From positions 28,377 to 92,376 of the forward strand of contig OZ199839.1 in assembly GCA_964304625.1 (NCBI GenBank): a DNA stretch of 64,000 nucleotides, given 5' to 3'. This stretch comes from Kudoa neothunni (lineage: Eukaryota > Animalia > Cnidaria). The notes under the pieces were generated by a model, which was not told the origin of the DNA, did no database searches, and worked only from the letters and a program-made list of their open reading frames with translations. Each line of letters starts with the position of its first letter. Position 1 is the first letter of the stretch. Both the position numbers and the translations under genes were made by a program. Of the stretch, positions 1 through 18,781 are shown piece by piece.

Positions 1-289
1 CTGGCGATCCTAAGCAGAACCTTATCGAGCATGGTTCGAATAATCACAATTATACTATGTATATTGTAAATGGAATACATTCAATAATTGTAAAAAATTT
101 AAAAATAAATTTTACTAATTATCCGTCCCTTCTATTTGGAATTTTGAATAATAAAATTTCCCAATTTGCCAAAAGTCCTGTTAGGATTACGAACGACCCC
201 TCGTCTACTATAACCTCTCCTCATTAGGTTATTGGCTCTTATTTAAATATTTTATTATCCAGTTATAGAACATTCTATCAGATAGGGAA

Positions 290-590
290 CTAGCATCCAA
301 TTTTAAGACACATGAAAGCTCAGATAAAAGGATAATAAATTCCTACAATCTTACCAACAGCTTTCCCACTCCATCGAAGGTGGTTAACGTCGCTCAATTT
401 AACAACTCTCACAAACAGTTTGGAAAGGAGTTGGTTGAAAGTGACTACACAATGTTTCTAAAGGCAATCTCGGGGAAATTATTTAATAAATCTTGTTTCA
501 TCATTTTTAAAAAAAATTCGAACTTTGATAATTTTAATCTTTTTATATTTAGATGTTCAAGAATCTCGTTCATTACAACCTCCACAGCCT
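290..590 (-). pseudogene. Decayed hAT transposase C-terminal (dimerisation) region remnant
   Basis: Minus-strand translation gives fragments such as KQDLLNNFPEIA and LSELSCVLKLDASSLS with stops and frameshifts. These resemble the hAT C-terminal 'FP.....L..P...CERSFS...L..LS' region (recalled, not searched). Confidence 0.35.
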
Positions 591-2189
591 AATAATCAAA
601 TTATTCAAGGTAGTTTATGACCAACTATAATAATAATAATAGTTTAGTTTATAATAATAGTTTGTAATAAATATAACGTAAATAAAAGATTTTTAATTTG
701 TTTGTTGAAAATTTAATTTCATTCTTAATTGATACCAGCGAACAACGAAGTACAACCGCAAAATATAACAAATCGAGATATCTAATATATATTAATTATA
801 AAATATGTGTAGAACCGAAAAACCCCCGTAGTGAAACCGCCGCCAGTAGCACTCGACAACAATAAAATCAATAAAAATATACAATAATGTAAATAATTAT
901 TCAAAACTATTAACTTCTTCTTTAATAATTTTGAATATTATACTAAATTGATGATTATTTTATATTGTTTTTAGAACCAAATAATCCTGCATTGTCGCCA
1001 AAAAAGAAACAAAGTATTTAAAGAATCTATTTAAAAATGAATATATTATTCCAACTAATATTTTAATAATTTTTATGCTAAATAAATTTAATAATATTAT
1101 TGAGAAGTTGTTAAAATGCGCAATTTATAATTTTTAAAACCGAGTAATCCTTCAATAAAACCACCTCCAAGATCATTAAAGGAAACACAAAGTAAAGGTA
1201 TAGAGTTTTTTATTATACTAAATTTTCTTGAAAATATAATACGACAAATTTTTGGTTATACATTATTATAGATAATGACAACTCCTCGAAGAACAAAAGG
1301 TACCAAATTATCGTGTAATATAATTAATAATTTGTAGTGGGAATCAAATGGTCACTATGTATTTTTAATCGAATAAGATAATGTTGATAATTCTTTTTGA
1401 CCAATCTTTCAGCGGTGGGTGTAGGCTGTTTTGTTCTACTCGTAAGTTTGGGTGGTTTTTTATACAAAAGAAGAAAATGGATGTTGAAGGCTCAACTTTA
1501 GTTTTTACACATTAAAATATTTATTTTTTATTTATGATAAGAACATTATGATTATATAGAAATGTAAAACCTTTTTTATTCATTTTTTTCTGCTGGAAGT
1601 TTTCAATGTTTTGGCTAACCATAAAATATATATCGTAGCATTAAATGCATTACATGGATCCGTCTAATCCTCCCCTTAGGCACTTGTTATTGACAAAAAT
1701 GTTGATTTCTACATTATTAAAAACTTTATTCAAAAAATAATTGCATAATTTTGATTTAGAAATTTTTTCCTAAAAGATCACAAACATTTGGTAACAGAAT
1801 ATTCTATGTCTACTTAATCGAACTAACAAAATTTACCGATAACCTCAATATTTTAAATAAAATGTTTAATAAGGTTTCAGAACTAAACATTAATATTTTC
1901 CGTCAATTTTTATTATTACCATCGTCTGATTTAAAGAATTATTGATGCCTTGGAGAAACTCAAGCACTACACACAGAAGCGCCTCCTTCCGTGAGATTCT
2001 GGACTAGACTTGCAAATTTCGGGGTCTTTATTTAAAAAACATTGTTATATTATTCACTCTCAGATTATTTTAAAAAGTAATTAACATTATTAGATTAACT
2101 TTGCGCTCTGCTTGGGCATATTTACGAATTCTCTTATCAATAATTAATAAACATTTTTATCAAAAATAAATGTATTTTTTCATTTGTTG

Positions 2190-2510
2190 GTCCTGTTTTT
2201 ATAAACCATCTGCATCCAGGTCCATCATATCATTCGAAGTAAGTGGAAGAAAACACAGCTCCTAGATTATTTGGAAGTCGGTGAGCAAATCGAAATGCAT
2301 TTGGAGTACCCGAAGAAAGATCATCATAGTCGTCACTGTTATGGTATTTCACATTTTAACATAAATATTTGGCGAAAAATCGAACTGTTATCAAAATTTG
2401 TTTACCCCCGAAAATCCCGAATTTGTATAATTGTTCGGGATTTGGGACTAGCTAGTCCCGTAATTTGCAAGTGTATTCCGAACAATGAGGCGTCGATTTT
2501 CGTATAAACT
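2190..2510 (-). pseudogene. pogo/Tigger (DDE_1) transposase remnant with GC-richer subterminal sequence
   Basis: Minus-strand fragment HRLPNNLGAVFLPLTSNDMMDLDADGL resembles the pogo 'N....FLPPNTTS..QP.D.G' motif; heavily degraded. Confidence 0.3.
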
Positions 2511-3138
2511 TTACAGACTTTATTTGACCACACAAATTTTTTTAACAAAATACAACATTCATTGCGATATTATTAACGCCATTTCTCGATTATTCTGAAA
2601 AAATAATCTACGATATTTGGTATCCCCTATCATTTTGGAACTCAGGCAAAATTTACCATTAATGTCTACCAATTATGAAAACTGTCATAAACGTTTTTAT
2701 ATGTTGTTTGAGCAATCACAAGATTTCTAAAATACCTATGATAAAAAAAGTCGATTTTAATTTTTTTATTCAATACGAAAATAACAACCGAGAGAAATAA
2801 TAAAATAAGAAGTTAAAACTACCAGCGTTATTGCTCATTGCTTATTGCCATTACGGACTATTGCACTCAAAATTTTTAGTCTAACTCTATAACTGGAAAA
2901 TAGGTTAGAATGTTATATTTTATTTACTTTTGCTTGTTTCACCTTAATAAAAGTTTTTCTGGAAAATAATTCAGTTAAAATACAATTATTGATTATCATG
3001 TACACATTACTATATAATAATGTGATTAATGCATCCTAGCATTTTTTTTTAATTAAATAATCGAATATAGTGGAGTTAGAACAAAAATCAATACACCTTA
3101 TGATACCAAATAGAATATTTAAAGTCAAAGTTGACAAT

Positions 3139-10313
<7,175 letters not shown>

Positions 10314-10333
10314 ATTGCGAACTGTATGTAGTA

Positions 10334-10346
10334 GCGCTTGCGCACA
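10334..10346 (-). promoter_or_regulatory. Candidate GC-rich core-promoter/5' motif TGTGCGCAAGCGC upstream of EFTUD2
   Basis: Lies 21-33 nt upstream of the ATG and shares TGCGCAAGC with the USP14 upstream region (46900-46908). Confidence 0.4.
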
Positions 10347-11269
10347 AGCATTTTAATTCAACATGTGTTTTTTCAACCCAACCCTACTAATGGGATACTA
10401 AATTTTGAACGAAATTTGTTCGATTTTGTTACAAAATTTACATCCGTATAAATCCATGCTTTAACTTAATAACAATTGGTTTCTCAGAGTGGTGGGGTAG
10501 TGCGTTGCATTAAAAAACAAAAATTCATTCGCGTATTTTCCTCAGTTTTTCTTCCTTTAAAAAATTTATTTCTCCAAAAAAATTACGTGGTGATGAAAAC
10601 CTTATGAAAAATATAGTTGATAAAGGCATATTCTAAATGACTCCAAAACATTGATCGTGAAAGTGTGTTGTTCACGTTAACCTCCTCAATGGTTACTTTT
10701 TATAGGAAAGAATATCGTTTCTAAAACATACGGTAAAAGTATTTGGATATAAATTTAATCCTCTCACGAATTTGGGGAAATTTTTACCCCAACTAGAAGA
10801 TATTAGTTGTACACGTGATTTGTTTGCTCTTCATAGGACACGAATTTTTTTCTAATCTTCCAAAAAGCTAAGCAACATACGATTCTAAAATATCATGATC
10901 AACAATAAAAAAGTCGGAAAAAATTGGACAAGTTTACACTCCTCCTATGAATTTTTGGAAGAAAAATTACCTCAGATTGTTTTCGCATCAATTGATAGAT
11001 AAAATAATAATTGTTGCTTAATTCAAATTTTAACTTCATCCTGATCGATAAATTTGTAGTTATATGATTATTACCTATATTTGGTGATCACGTGACTTCT
11101 TTTTTTTATTTTAACGTTGCGATAATTTAGATCGATTTCACCAATATTAATTAAAATGATGAATAAAATTCTTTCGACGTGATTATGAATACTTTACAAC
11201 TGATATATTATAAGAATATGACGATATTGAAAATTGTGAGAATTTGGATCAATTCATAATCAGTCATCA

Positions 11270-11990
11270 GTAATGATGACCTATGCTATGGCGGTATTTT
11301 TCCATTTAATGGATTTATTATTTATAGATGCGTTCACAATATAGAAAAAAACTTATGAGACAATATGGTTATGAGAAAGTTTTTCAAAATATGGCAAAGT
11401 TACTATATCTTTCCATTAATGGAACGAAACATCCTTGAATCTCAAAATCATAAGAGTTCGACCTTATCTATTCTGTTATAACTCAACACATCAAACGAAT
11501 GAACAATATTTTCAAGGTTTTTCCGGAAAATTGATAAGAAACTCGCTACTGCTTGTTTCAGGTGTACGTAACTGTCGCAAAATTCATTTTGAATATTTGC
11601 GAATCTTATTCTCATTAAATGTTCTATTTTGATGCGCAAATATTAATTAAAATATTTAGCACACGATATAAATGGGAAATCTACTCAAACATTAGGCTTT
11701 AACCAAAAATTGTTATTGCGGATTTTAACGAATACAATTTTCGTAGAATTATGAGGATTACTGCTCGGATGTTAGTTATTTTACAGCTGAATCTAGCTAC
11801 GGTAGTATGCCTATTTTTATTTTCTGAAATCGAATATTTTCTACGGTTCGAATGGAGGAATAAAAACTGGGATAATTTTATAAAAAAAGTTCATCGGAAT
11901 GCAGTCGACTTTTAGTACATTAGAGGATTACGACAGAGATTATTGGCGCGGTAAATTTTAGGATTGTGTCTTTTTCCAAAAGAATGAAAC
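11270..11990 (+). pseudogene. Degraded MULE/Mutator-like transposase remnant
   Basis: Fragments such as LG..(P)KIVIADF, LLLGC and CVHNIEKNL resemble MULE 'P....DFE...GC.FH / C..H...N' motifs; many disruptions. Confidence 0.3.
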
Positions 11991-13476
11991 CTGCGCGAGG
12001 ATTATAAGATTATAAGATTATAAAATTAATTTTATTTCCGTTAATTTTGTATGATGTAAAGCCAATAACTTTAATAACAATTTTTCAAACAAAATGATTA
12101 AATTTTTTCAAACATACCCCATAGATATCAAGACGATATTTTTCAAATCAAAAATAATTATTCATTGCGTTGGGTCTACATGTCGTTTCTATCCCTTTCG
12201 TAATGGAATAAAGTTGAATTCATTGTTTATAGCGGATTTTTCATGCTAATAGAAACAAGGTTATTAATATTGCTGTGAGGAGGTGTTCAGCTCATTAAAT
12301 AATTTTCTACAATCACTTCCATTAAATTAGTTAATGTATGCAATAATCTATCTGTCATCTCTTTTTTGTAGTTATTATTTTCATAAATTCCGATTACATT
12401 ATAAGTTCGATTCATTATCTTCTTCAATGTACACGTACACGTACACGTTCGGGTTAGTTGATACATTGACATATTCAGATGCAACATTATGTTCTGAAAC
12501 GGTTGAATCATTGTTTATAACCCATACGAGAATCATAAGTGTTTCTAATATGAGCACAGATAGTTTTACCAATCTTAGTAGGTGGTTGCGCGGTATTTGG
12601 TGCAAAATAAAGGACGTTCGCAAAACATTGCTTCCACACTTATGATAACCATCACATAGTTAAACTTAAATGAACGAAAAAATTTAATTTTGACGTCAAT
12701 GGTATTATGAGTCTATAAGAGTTAGGGGTATCTAAAAACATTTTCTGTTGTAAGAAAAAGTGCCTATTATTACATCAGCATCATCAGCCATCTTGTCGGA
12801 TCTCATCGATAACTTGTTTTCCTTAATAGTGAAATCGTCTTCCAAAATGTTTTTTGACTCAATTAAATTTGAATAATAAAGTAAATGTTATTTATAATCA
12901 ATAGCTTATTTAAAAATCTCATATTGAATTCAATTCTTTCTAAGTTGTATCATTTGTCTTTAAAAGTTAAAATAGGTAGTATATAATATTTTTGCAGTAA
13001 AATAAAATATAAAAAGATAGTACGATTGATTAAAATTTTGTTATTCGCTTAATAACATACAAAACTAATGGAAATAAAATTAATCTTATAACCCTGCGCG
13101 CGCGTCGTTGTGTGAAAGGGGGTTAAAAAACCTCAAAATCGAGAAAAACACTACTTTAAAATACAACCAAAAAATATAATCGTATCTATGAAAGTTTAGA
13201 ATTTTCCAATTCAATAACTACGTTTTTAGAGATTAAATTTAAATTTATTGTCGTTTAATTGCGATGTTTTGGCGCGAACACTCACTTATATTTAATCTCT
13301 CATGTAGATCAATACACTCATAATTAATCACTTCATAATTCAAAATATATTTTGAAATAACGTTTAAATTTTTTAATAATGTGCGATAATGTTTACTAGG
13401 TAATTATGTAATCGTGTAATGTTAAACTATCTAATGTGCTGTCATTTAATATCGCAAATGTTTAAACCCTGCATGA

Positions 13477-13624
13477 CATTGGTTCCCGCATCCCTAAGGG
13501 TGGGAACTGTGGGCTTGGGGGAGCAACATTCGATCACAGTTGAAAATAATTTTTGAGAAATTTTGAGTCGGCTACACCTTATCGTATGCAAGCGCGTGCG
13601 AGTCCAATTTTAGTTGGGAAGCGC
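13477..13624 (+). repeat. Dispersed fragment related to the 5' part of the Helitron at 51755
   Basis: cattggttcccgcatccctaagggtgggaactgtgggcttg...tgcgagtccaattttagttgg aligns with 51769-51842 caatggttcccacacccctaaggatgtgaactatgggcttg...tgcgagtccgattttagttgg. Confidence 0.7.
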
Positions 13625-13774
13625 TACTGCATGATATAATCTGAATAGGATACGTCATTATAAATATAAATATTAATGCCGTACATACAAAAATTGTGTT
13701 ATTCTTTAATGTTTACAGGTTCTCAATAAAAACCCAAAATTTCGGATTAAATGAAAAAAACCCAAGCCCTGGTG

Positions 13775-14316
13775 GAAGGGGACGCCATCAAATTTTAGTG
13801 CTACACAGCGTGTGTGAGTAATGAGTAGGCGGTTGGAATTTTTAATCTTCGCTACTGTTACTCACAAGTTGTATATAAAATCAATTTTCTCACAATCCGC
13901 TATATTTAGTTATTTTTTATTTCTTAGATTTTATCGGCGGGCCAAAAATGAATATAGTCAAAACTAGCGATACTTTAATGTTATTTAACAATCAAATATC
14001 CACATTTTTAATTTAAACATTTTCCGTGTTATTATCTTCCAGTTGACAAATTAAACATATTTATATTTGTTATCAATAAGAAAATGGCTATATGGCTGGT
14101 AAATAACATTCATTTAGCACTAATTTTGACTATATTTCTTTCTTGTCAGCCGTTTCGTTCATAGGGCCTAAAAATAATTAAACATCGCAAATTCTAAAAT
14201 AAGAATTCTATATCAAGTTTATAAATAGGAGTTTCAAGAATTAAAAATAATCAATACTCATGCGTATCGTATATGCTGCTTAGGACCACAGTTTATTTTG
14301 CCAATAACATCTGCCT
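13775..14316. mobile_element. Degenerate foldback MITE related to the GG(C/A)A-TIR family
   Basis: Internal inverted arms aatatagtcaaaactag / ctaattttgactatatt are shared with the MITE at 24912. The right end reads (rc) ggcagatgttattggca, like that family's TIR. The left end and TSD are unclear. Confidence 0.45.
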
Positions 14317-14546
14317 ACTTTCGGATAAATCGTCCTTCGAGAGTTTATTCATTAAGATACTGCAATTTAGAATTAATTCCTAGTTTCCAATTACATATTA
14401 AAAACAAGATTTTATTTAATGACTTAATTAAATTTGAAATACGATAGGAAATCGATTTTTCATACACTTTAATTTCTTGATGCTCATTTACTCCGAAAGT
14501 TTCTGCAAAAGAAAGAATTTGATGACAGAATACCATATTAAAATTT

Positions 14547-16324
14547 GACACTGGCTATAGCAATGGATCTGTTTAATCCACGTGTGAGGGTGAGGGTGCG
14601 AGGGTGCGAGGATTGGTTATTAAAATGGATGAGAATATCTACCAATATAACGCTTAAATCAAACTTTTAATTTTAGAAATACTTATAACAATTAATTACT
14701 TATTAATAAATAAATCTGTTGACTTTTTATCTCTAAATTGGTCGATTATTCATAAATATAGTTGTAGTTTACTTAATGAATTGATATCTGTGTTTATTAC
14801 TGAATAACACTGGTTACAAATATTGTAATTTTTATAAGAAACTATGGGAAACGGTGCATTTACTAGGAGAATTAGCGCACATGCTAAAAATACTCTATTG
14901 CGCTACATTGTGTATCTGCTCATTCTATCATGTTCTCGATCAAATGTGCGTTAAAAACGAGCAGTAATATTTTTCTCAGTTATTTTATTATGCACGTGGA
15001 TACAACTGCTTTTGAGATCAAATAAATATGATTTTTAATCTGTTTTCCTATTTTATAAAAATGGAGAACAATCATCATACGGGGGTATATATTTTATAAA
15101 ATATGATTTTATTATTTGTATGTTTTATTTGAATTTAAACCGCCCTACTGTTCATATTATAGAGGAGAATTTTAAATCTATATAAAATTAATAAAAAATT
15201 CCGCATGATTATTTAACAATTGAAATTATCGTCGATTTTACTATCATCTATCTGTTGATCATTTTATTTATCATACAAGTCTTTAGACAAGTCATTATTA
15301 AGTGACTTGGTTGAGGATGCTTCAGAAATTTCATTCACTCCTGCATTTTGATTTGCTTAACGTTTGATATCTAATATTTATTTGAGAGAAAAATACTTAT
15401 ATTTATACCATTTCTTCTTTCATTTAGCTCGTTATTTTATACTTGATTATCGTATTTCGAATTGTTCTCGATGATATCGCTTTTTACTTGAAGTTAGTTA
15501 CATCATTTTAAATGAATATTAAATAACAATATTTAATAATTTTTCTGGTTTCAAAACAATATTATCTTTAACATAGCTCCAATTCTCTTAATAGCAATTA
15601 TTAATTTAAGGATATATTCACTGCAATATTCTACAGATGTTGGCTTGTAAAGACTAATGCATTTTATAAGCGCTTTGAATAGGGTTTAAATTTATCTTTC
15701 GACGTTTCTTGTGATTTCGCATTGTGACTAGATTTAGCATTATTTTTTGATGGAAAACTATCCTGTACATATCCGTTGACAGAAAATATCTTTTTTTAAA
15801 TAAATTAAATGGTAGTGTTTCAAATCACTGACATTAATGTTAAAACGATTAATGATGATCTTTATTGATGAAGCCTATTATAAAAATTACGACCAACAAT
15901 TAAATGTAAGATTGATTATTTTAATTGAAATATTATCGTAGAATAATTGGTGCACAATTATTGTTGCAAACAAACCACATTAACGCAAGCTTATTTGTTC
16001 TTAATTAGCGTATGGAGTATATCGATAATTCATGTTACATAAAATCAACATAATGAGATCTAAAAACCAATTATATATTAAATAAAAAATGAATCTATCG
16101 AAGAAAAACATTAAACAATATTTGTATATTTGGACAATTTATACGTAAAAAGCCAACTGATTTATTTTCTTTGGAAAATGTTATTATTAATACTTAATTA
16201 ATTGTTATAAGTATTTATAAAATTAAAAGTTCGATTTAAGCGTTATATTGGTAGATATTCTCATCCATTTTAATAATCAGTCCTCACACGGGAATTAAAC
16301 GGACCCCTTGCAATAGCTACTGCC
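14547..16324. mobile_element. Non-autonomous TIR DNA transposon, copy 1 (Merlin- or Mutator-like)
   Basis: ~130-bp inverted termini (ttattaaaatggatgagaatatctaccaatataacgcttaaatc on the left, its reverse complement on the right). The interior is colinear with 55811-57516. No clean TSD at this copy. Confidence 0.85.
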
Positions 16325-16730
16325 TTTTTTAAAGGCATTTTTCCTGTTAGGTGTAAATTCTCATACGACTTAGCAGATTTGGGGAAAACTCTTCAAGTTT
16401 GAATGCATGATTACCAGTTTATATTAGAACATATTAACAAAGGTATATTTTAAATATGAAACCTTTGGCATTCAGCATCAAGATCACACACGCTGTAATG
16501 TTGTTAATATGTAAATTTATCAGATATGGTAGTTAATTCTTATTCTATTGTTAATAGTTAAATTAAATACTTTTTTAGAAAATTATAATGACAAAATTTT
16601 CTAAAAATTACGAAAAGATTTAAATAACAATGGGACTTGGGTTTATAGGCGAGAAACGTTAGGAACATTGTTTCAGTTTGTTTGCGATCGTGTCACTTTA
16701 AACGTATTAATTGAGCGAAAGCATTCTGAA

Positions 16731-17775
16731 ATGGTCGATGGTAAAGAAAACTGTAGGCCAGTGCCTATGGTTGTGGTTATTGCTGGTGAAACAATCTCTG
16801 CTATTCTTGGGCTTATTGGGTTAACAAACATTGCTCTAATTGTTATAATAATGTGGAACAAAAAATTACGTGGGAATATATATGTGTACATTCTAAATAT
16901 GAGTTTCACATCAGTGGTGTTTCTGAGTGTTGCGGTATTGGATGCAATCTACATCTACTATGGGTATTATCCATTTGGACCATCTGTCCTCAATTTCCAT
17001 ACATGGATATGGGAAGCTATACTAAACTCACATATACTGTCACTATTGACACTTACCTATGAAAAATATAACTCTGTGTTCAATCCAGTTAATTATATTA
17101 ACAGCGTCAAAAGGACATGGATCAAGATTGGGTGCATTTGGCTTGCTAGCGCCATATTAGGAATACCATTCATTTTTACATACGCAATTCGATCAAACGA
17201 ATGCGGTATACGTGTAATTTTTAGCCTATGTCCAGTGTATTTTAAGGATTTGTTTCCATATTTATGGACAATTCTAGGTTCCATTCTATGATCAAAATGG
17301 AGTCATGTATTCAAGAGTAATCTATTCGTTACAATCGTTTTTCCTCTATTTCACTCCTATGTTTGTTATGATCTGGGCTTACACACGAATTATATTATGG
17401 AAAAAGAAAAGTGATTCCAACCTACACAAATATGTAATCAATGCTTATCCTTCTTGGGCTAACGTCTAGAGACAATAATTTTGTAATTTTTTTATTTTAA
17501 AGAATAAGTGTGACGGTATTGAAAACCCCCGCAAAGGATTGGAGAGTATCATCAAACATTCCATCATTATGGTGTTGTATTTTTTTATATTTTGGACTCC
17601 ATTCATTATAGCCAGATGGATATATTTTTTCGATGAAGAATTTTCGCCAGTGATGCTACGTTTCTCGCAAATGTTTCTATTGTTATATCCTTCATTCAGT
17701 GCTATTGTCTACGTGAGCACTAACAAAAAGCTTAGAATATACGTGAAGCAGAGCATATCTTGTGTTTGTCCCTAA
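16731..17775 (+). CDS. Rhodopsin-like (class A) 7TM GPCR, paralog 1, 3 exons, ~303 aa
   Basis: Exons 16731-17213, 17278-17433 and 17503-17775 (GT-AG, phase 0). Seven hydrophobic segments; KKLRGNIYVYILNMS (ICL1/TM2), YPFG, EKYNSVFNP (DRY position), TM4 W..S...P, TM5 FTP...Y.RI, TM6 FWTPF, and helix 8 NKKLR. Confidence 0.9.
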
Positions 17776-18781
17776 ACAATGTGGTCCAAGATATTATATT
17801 ATCACACAGCAAACAAACTTTTCTATATTTTTATCATTTGTGGCAACAAAAACTTTTGTATTATCACAACATTTCTAATCATTATAAAATGAGTTATCAG
17901 ACTTTAAAGCTGGTTCATGAATTGGATGATGTAAAATTAGGTGATTCTAAAAAACTTTTCTATTTTTTTTTATTTTCCTCTTAACAATTGTTTGAACAAA
18001 TTAAAAGATTTTTCAGTGGAAAATATAGGCATAAAAATCTAACTTTAAGCTTTGTCCTAATATTTTTCTAATTACAGTTGGATGTACGTTTAATTGCTAT
18101 TATTTTCCAGTATACGCCTAAAATATCCCATCTTCTGAATGTTTCATTAAAAAATGCTATTTTTAATTTTTTAATTATAATCGCTATATTTTATAAAGTT
18201 AAATTTACCATGTGATAAAAAAATAAACAGATTTTTAAACTTTATAAATGAAGACTAATTGTTTAATATATAATAACGATAACTTATTTACGCGTTTACG
18301 ATATAGGAATCTTAAATACGCCAAAAGATGTTTAAATTCTTGAATATTTTAAACAGATACTTGAAAAATATATAATCCAGAACCAATGACTGACGCTAAA
18401 AATTATGACGGAAATATCGTTGATTATTTTTTCACTTACTCTTTCAAAAAACATTTCTACCCCCATATACTATTAAAGATGTGAAACTAACTTATTATAC
18501 TGAAAACATTTATTGAATTTTGAGTCGATTCGTTTAGCTCAAAAAATAATTAACTACAGTCGAATCCCGTTTATCCAAAAATGTCGGGACTTGGCATTTT
18601 CCTTTCGGATACTGAAATTTCGATTAAACAAAGTTCGATGAATCCGCATGTAGGATGGGAAAAATTGTAGGTTGATTACATACTTTATTTTTCATTATTC
18701 AATGTTTGTCTTATATTTTTAAAGAAAGCTCTACTATATATAAGTTATACCAGTGAATACACTGTGAAAACGTTAGTTTAA

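Noticed and set aside
17640-17730. The GPCRs as opsins
   Set aside because: The position equivalent to the retinal-binding Lys in TM7 (six residues before the NPxxY position) is Leu in both paralogs.
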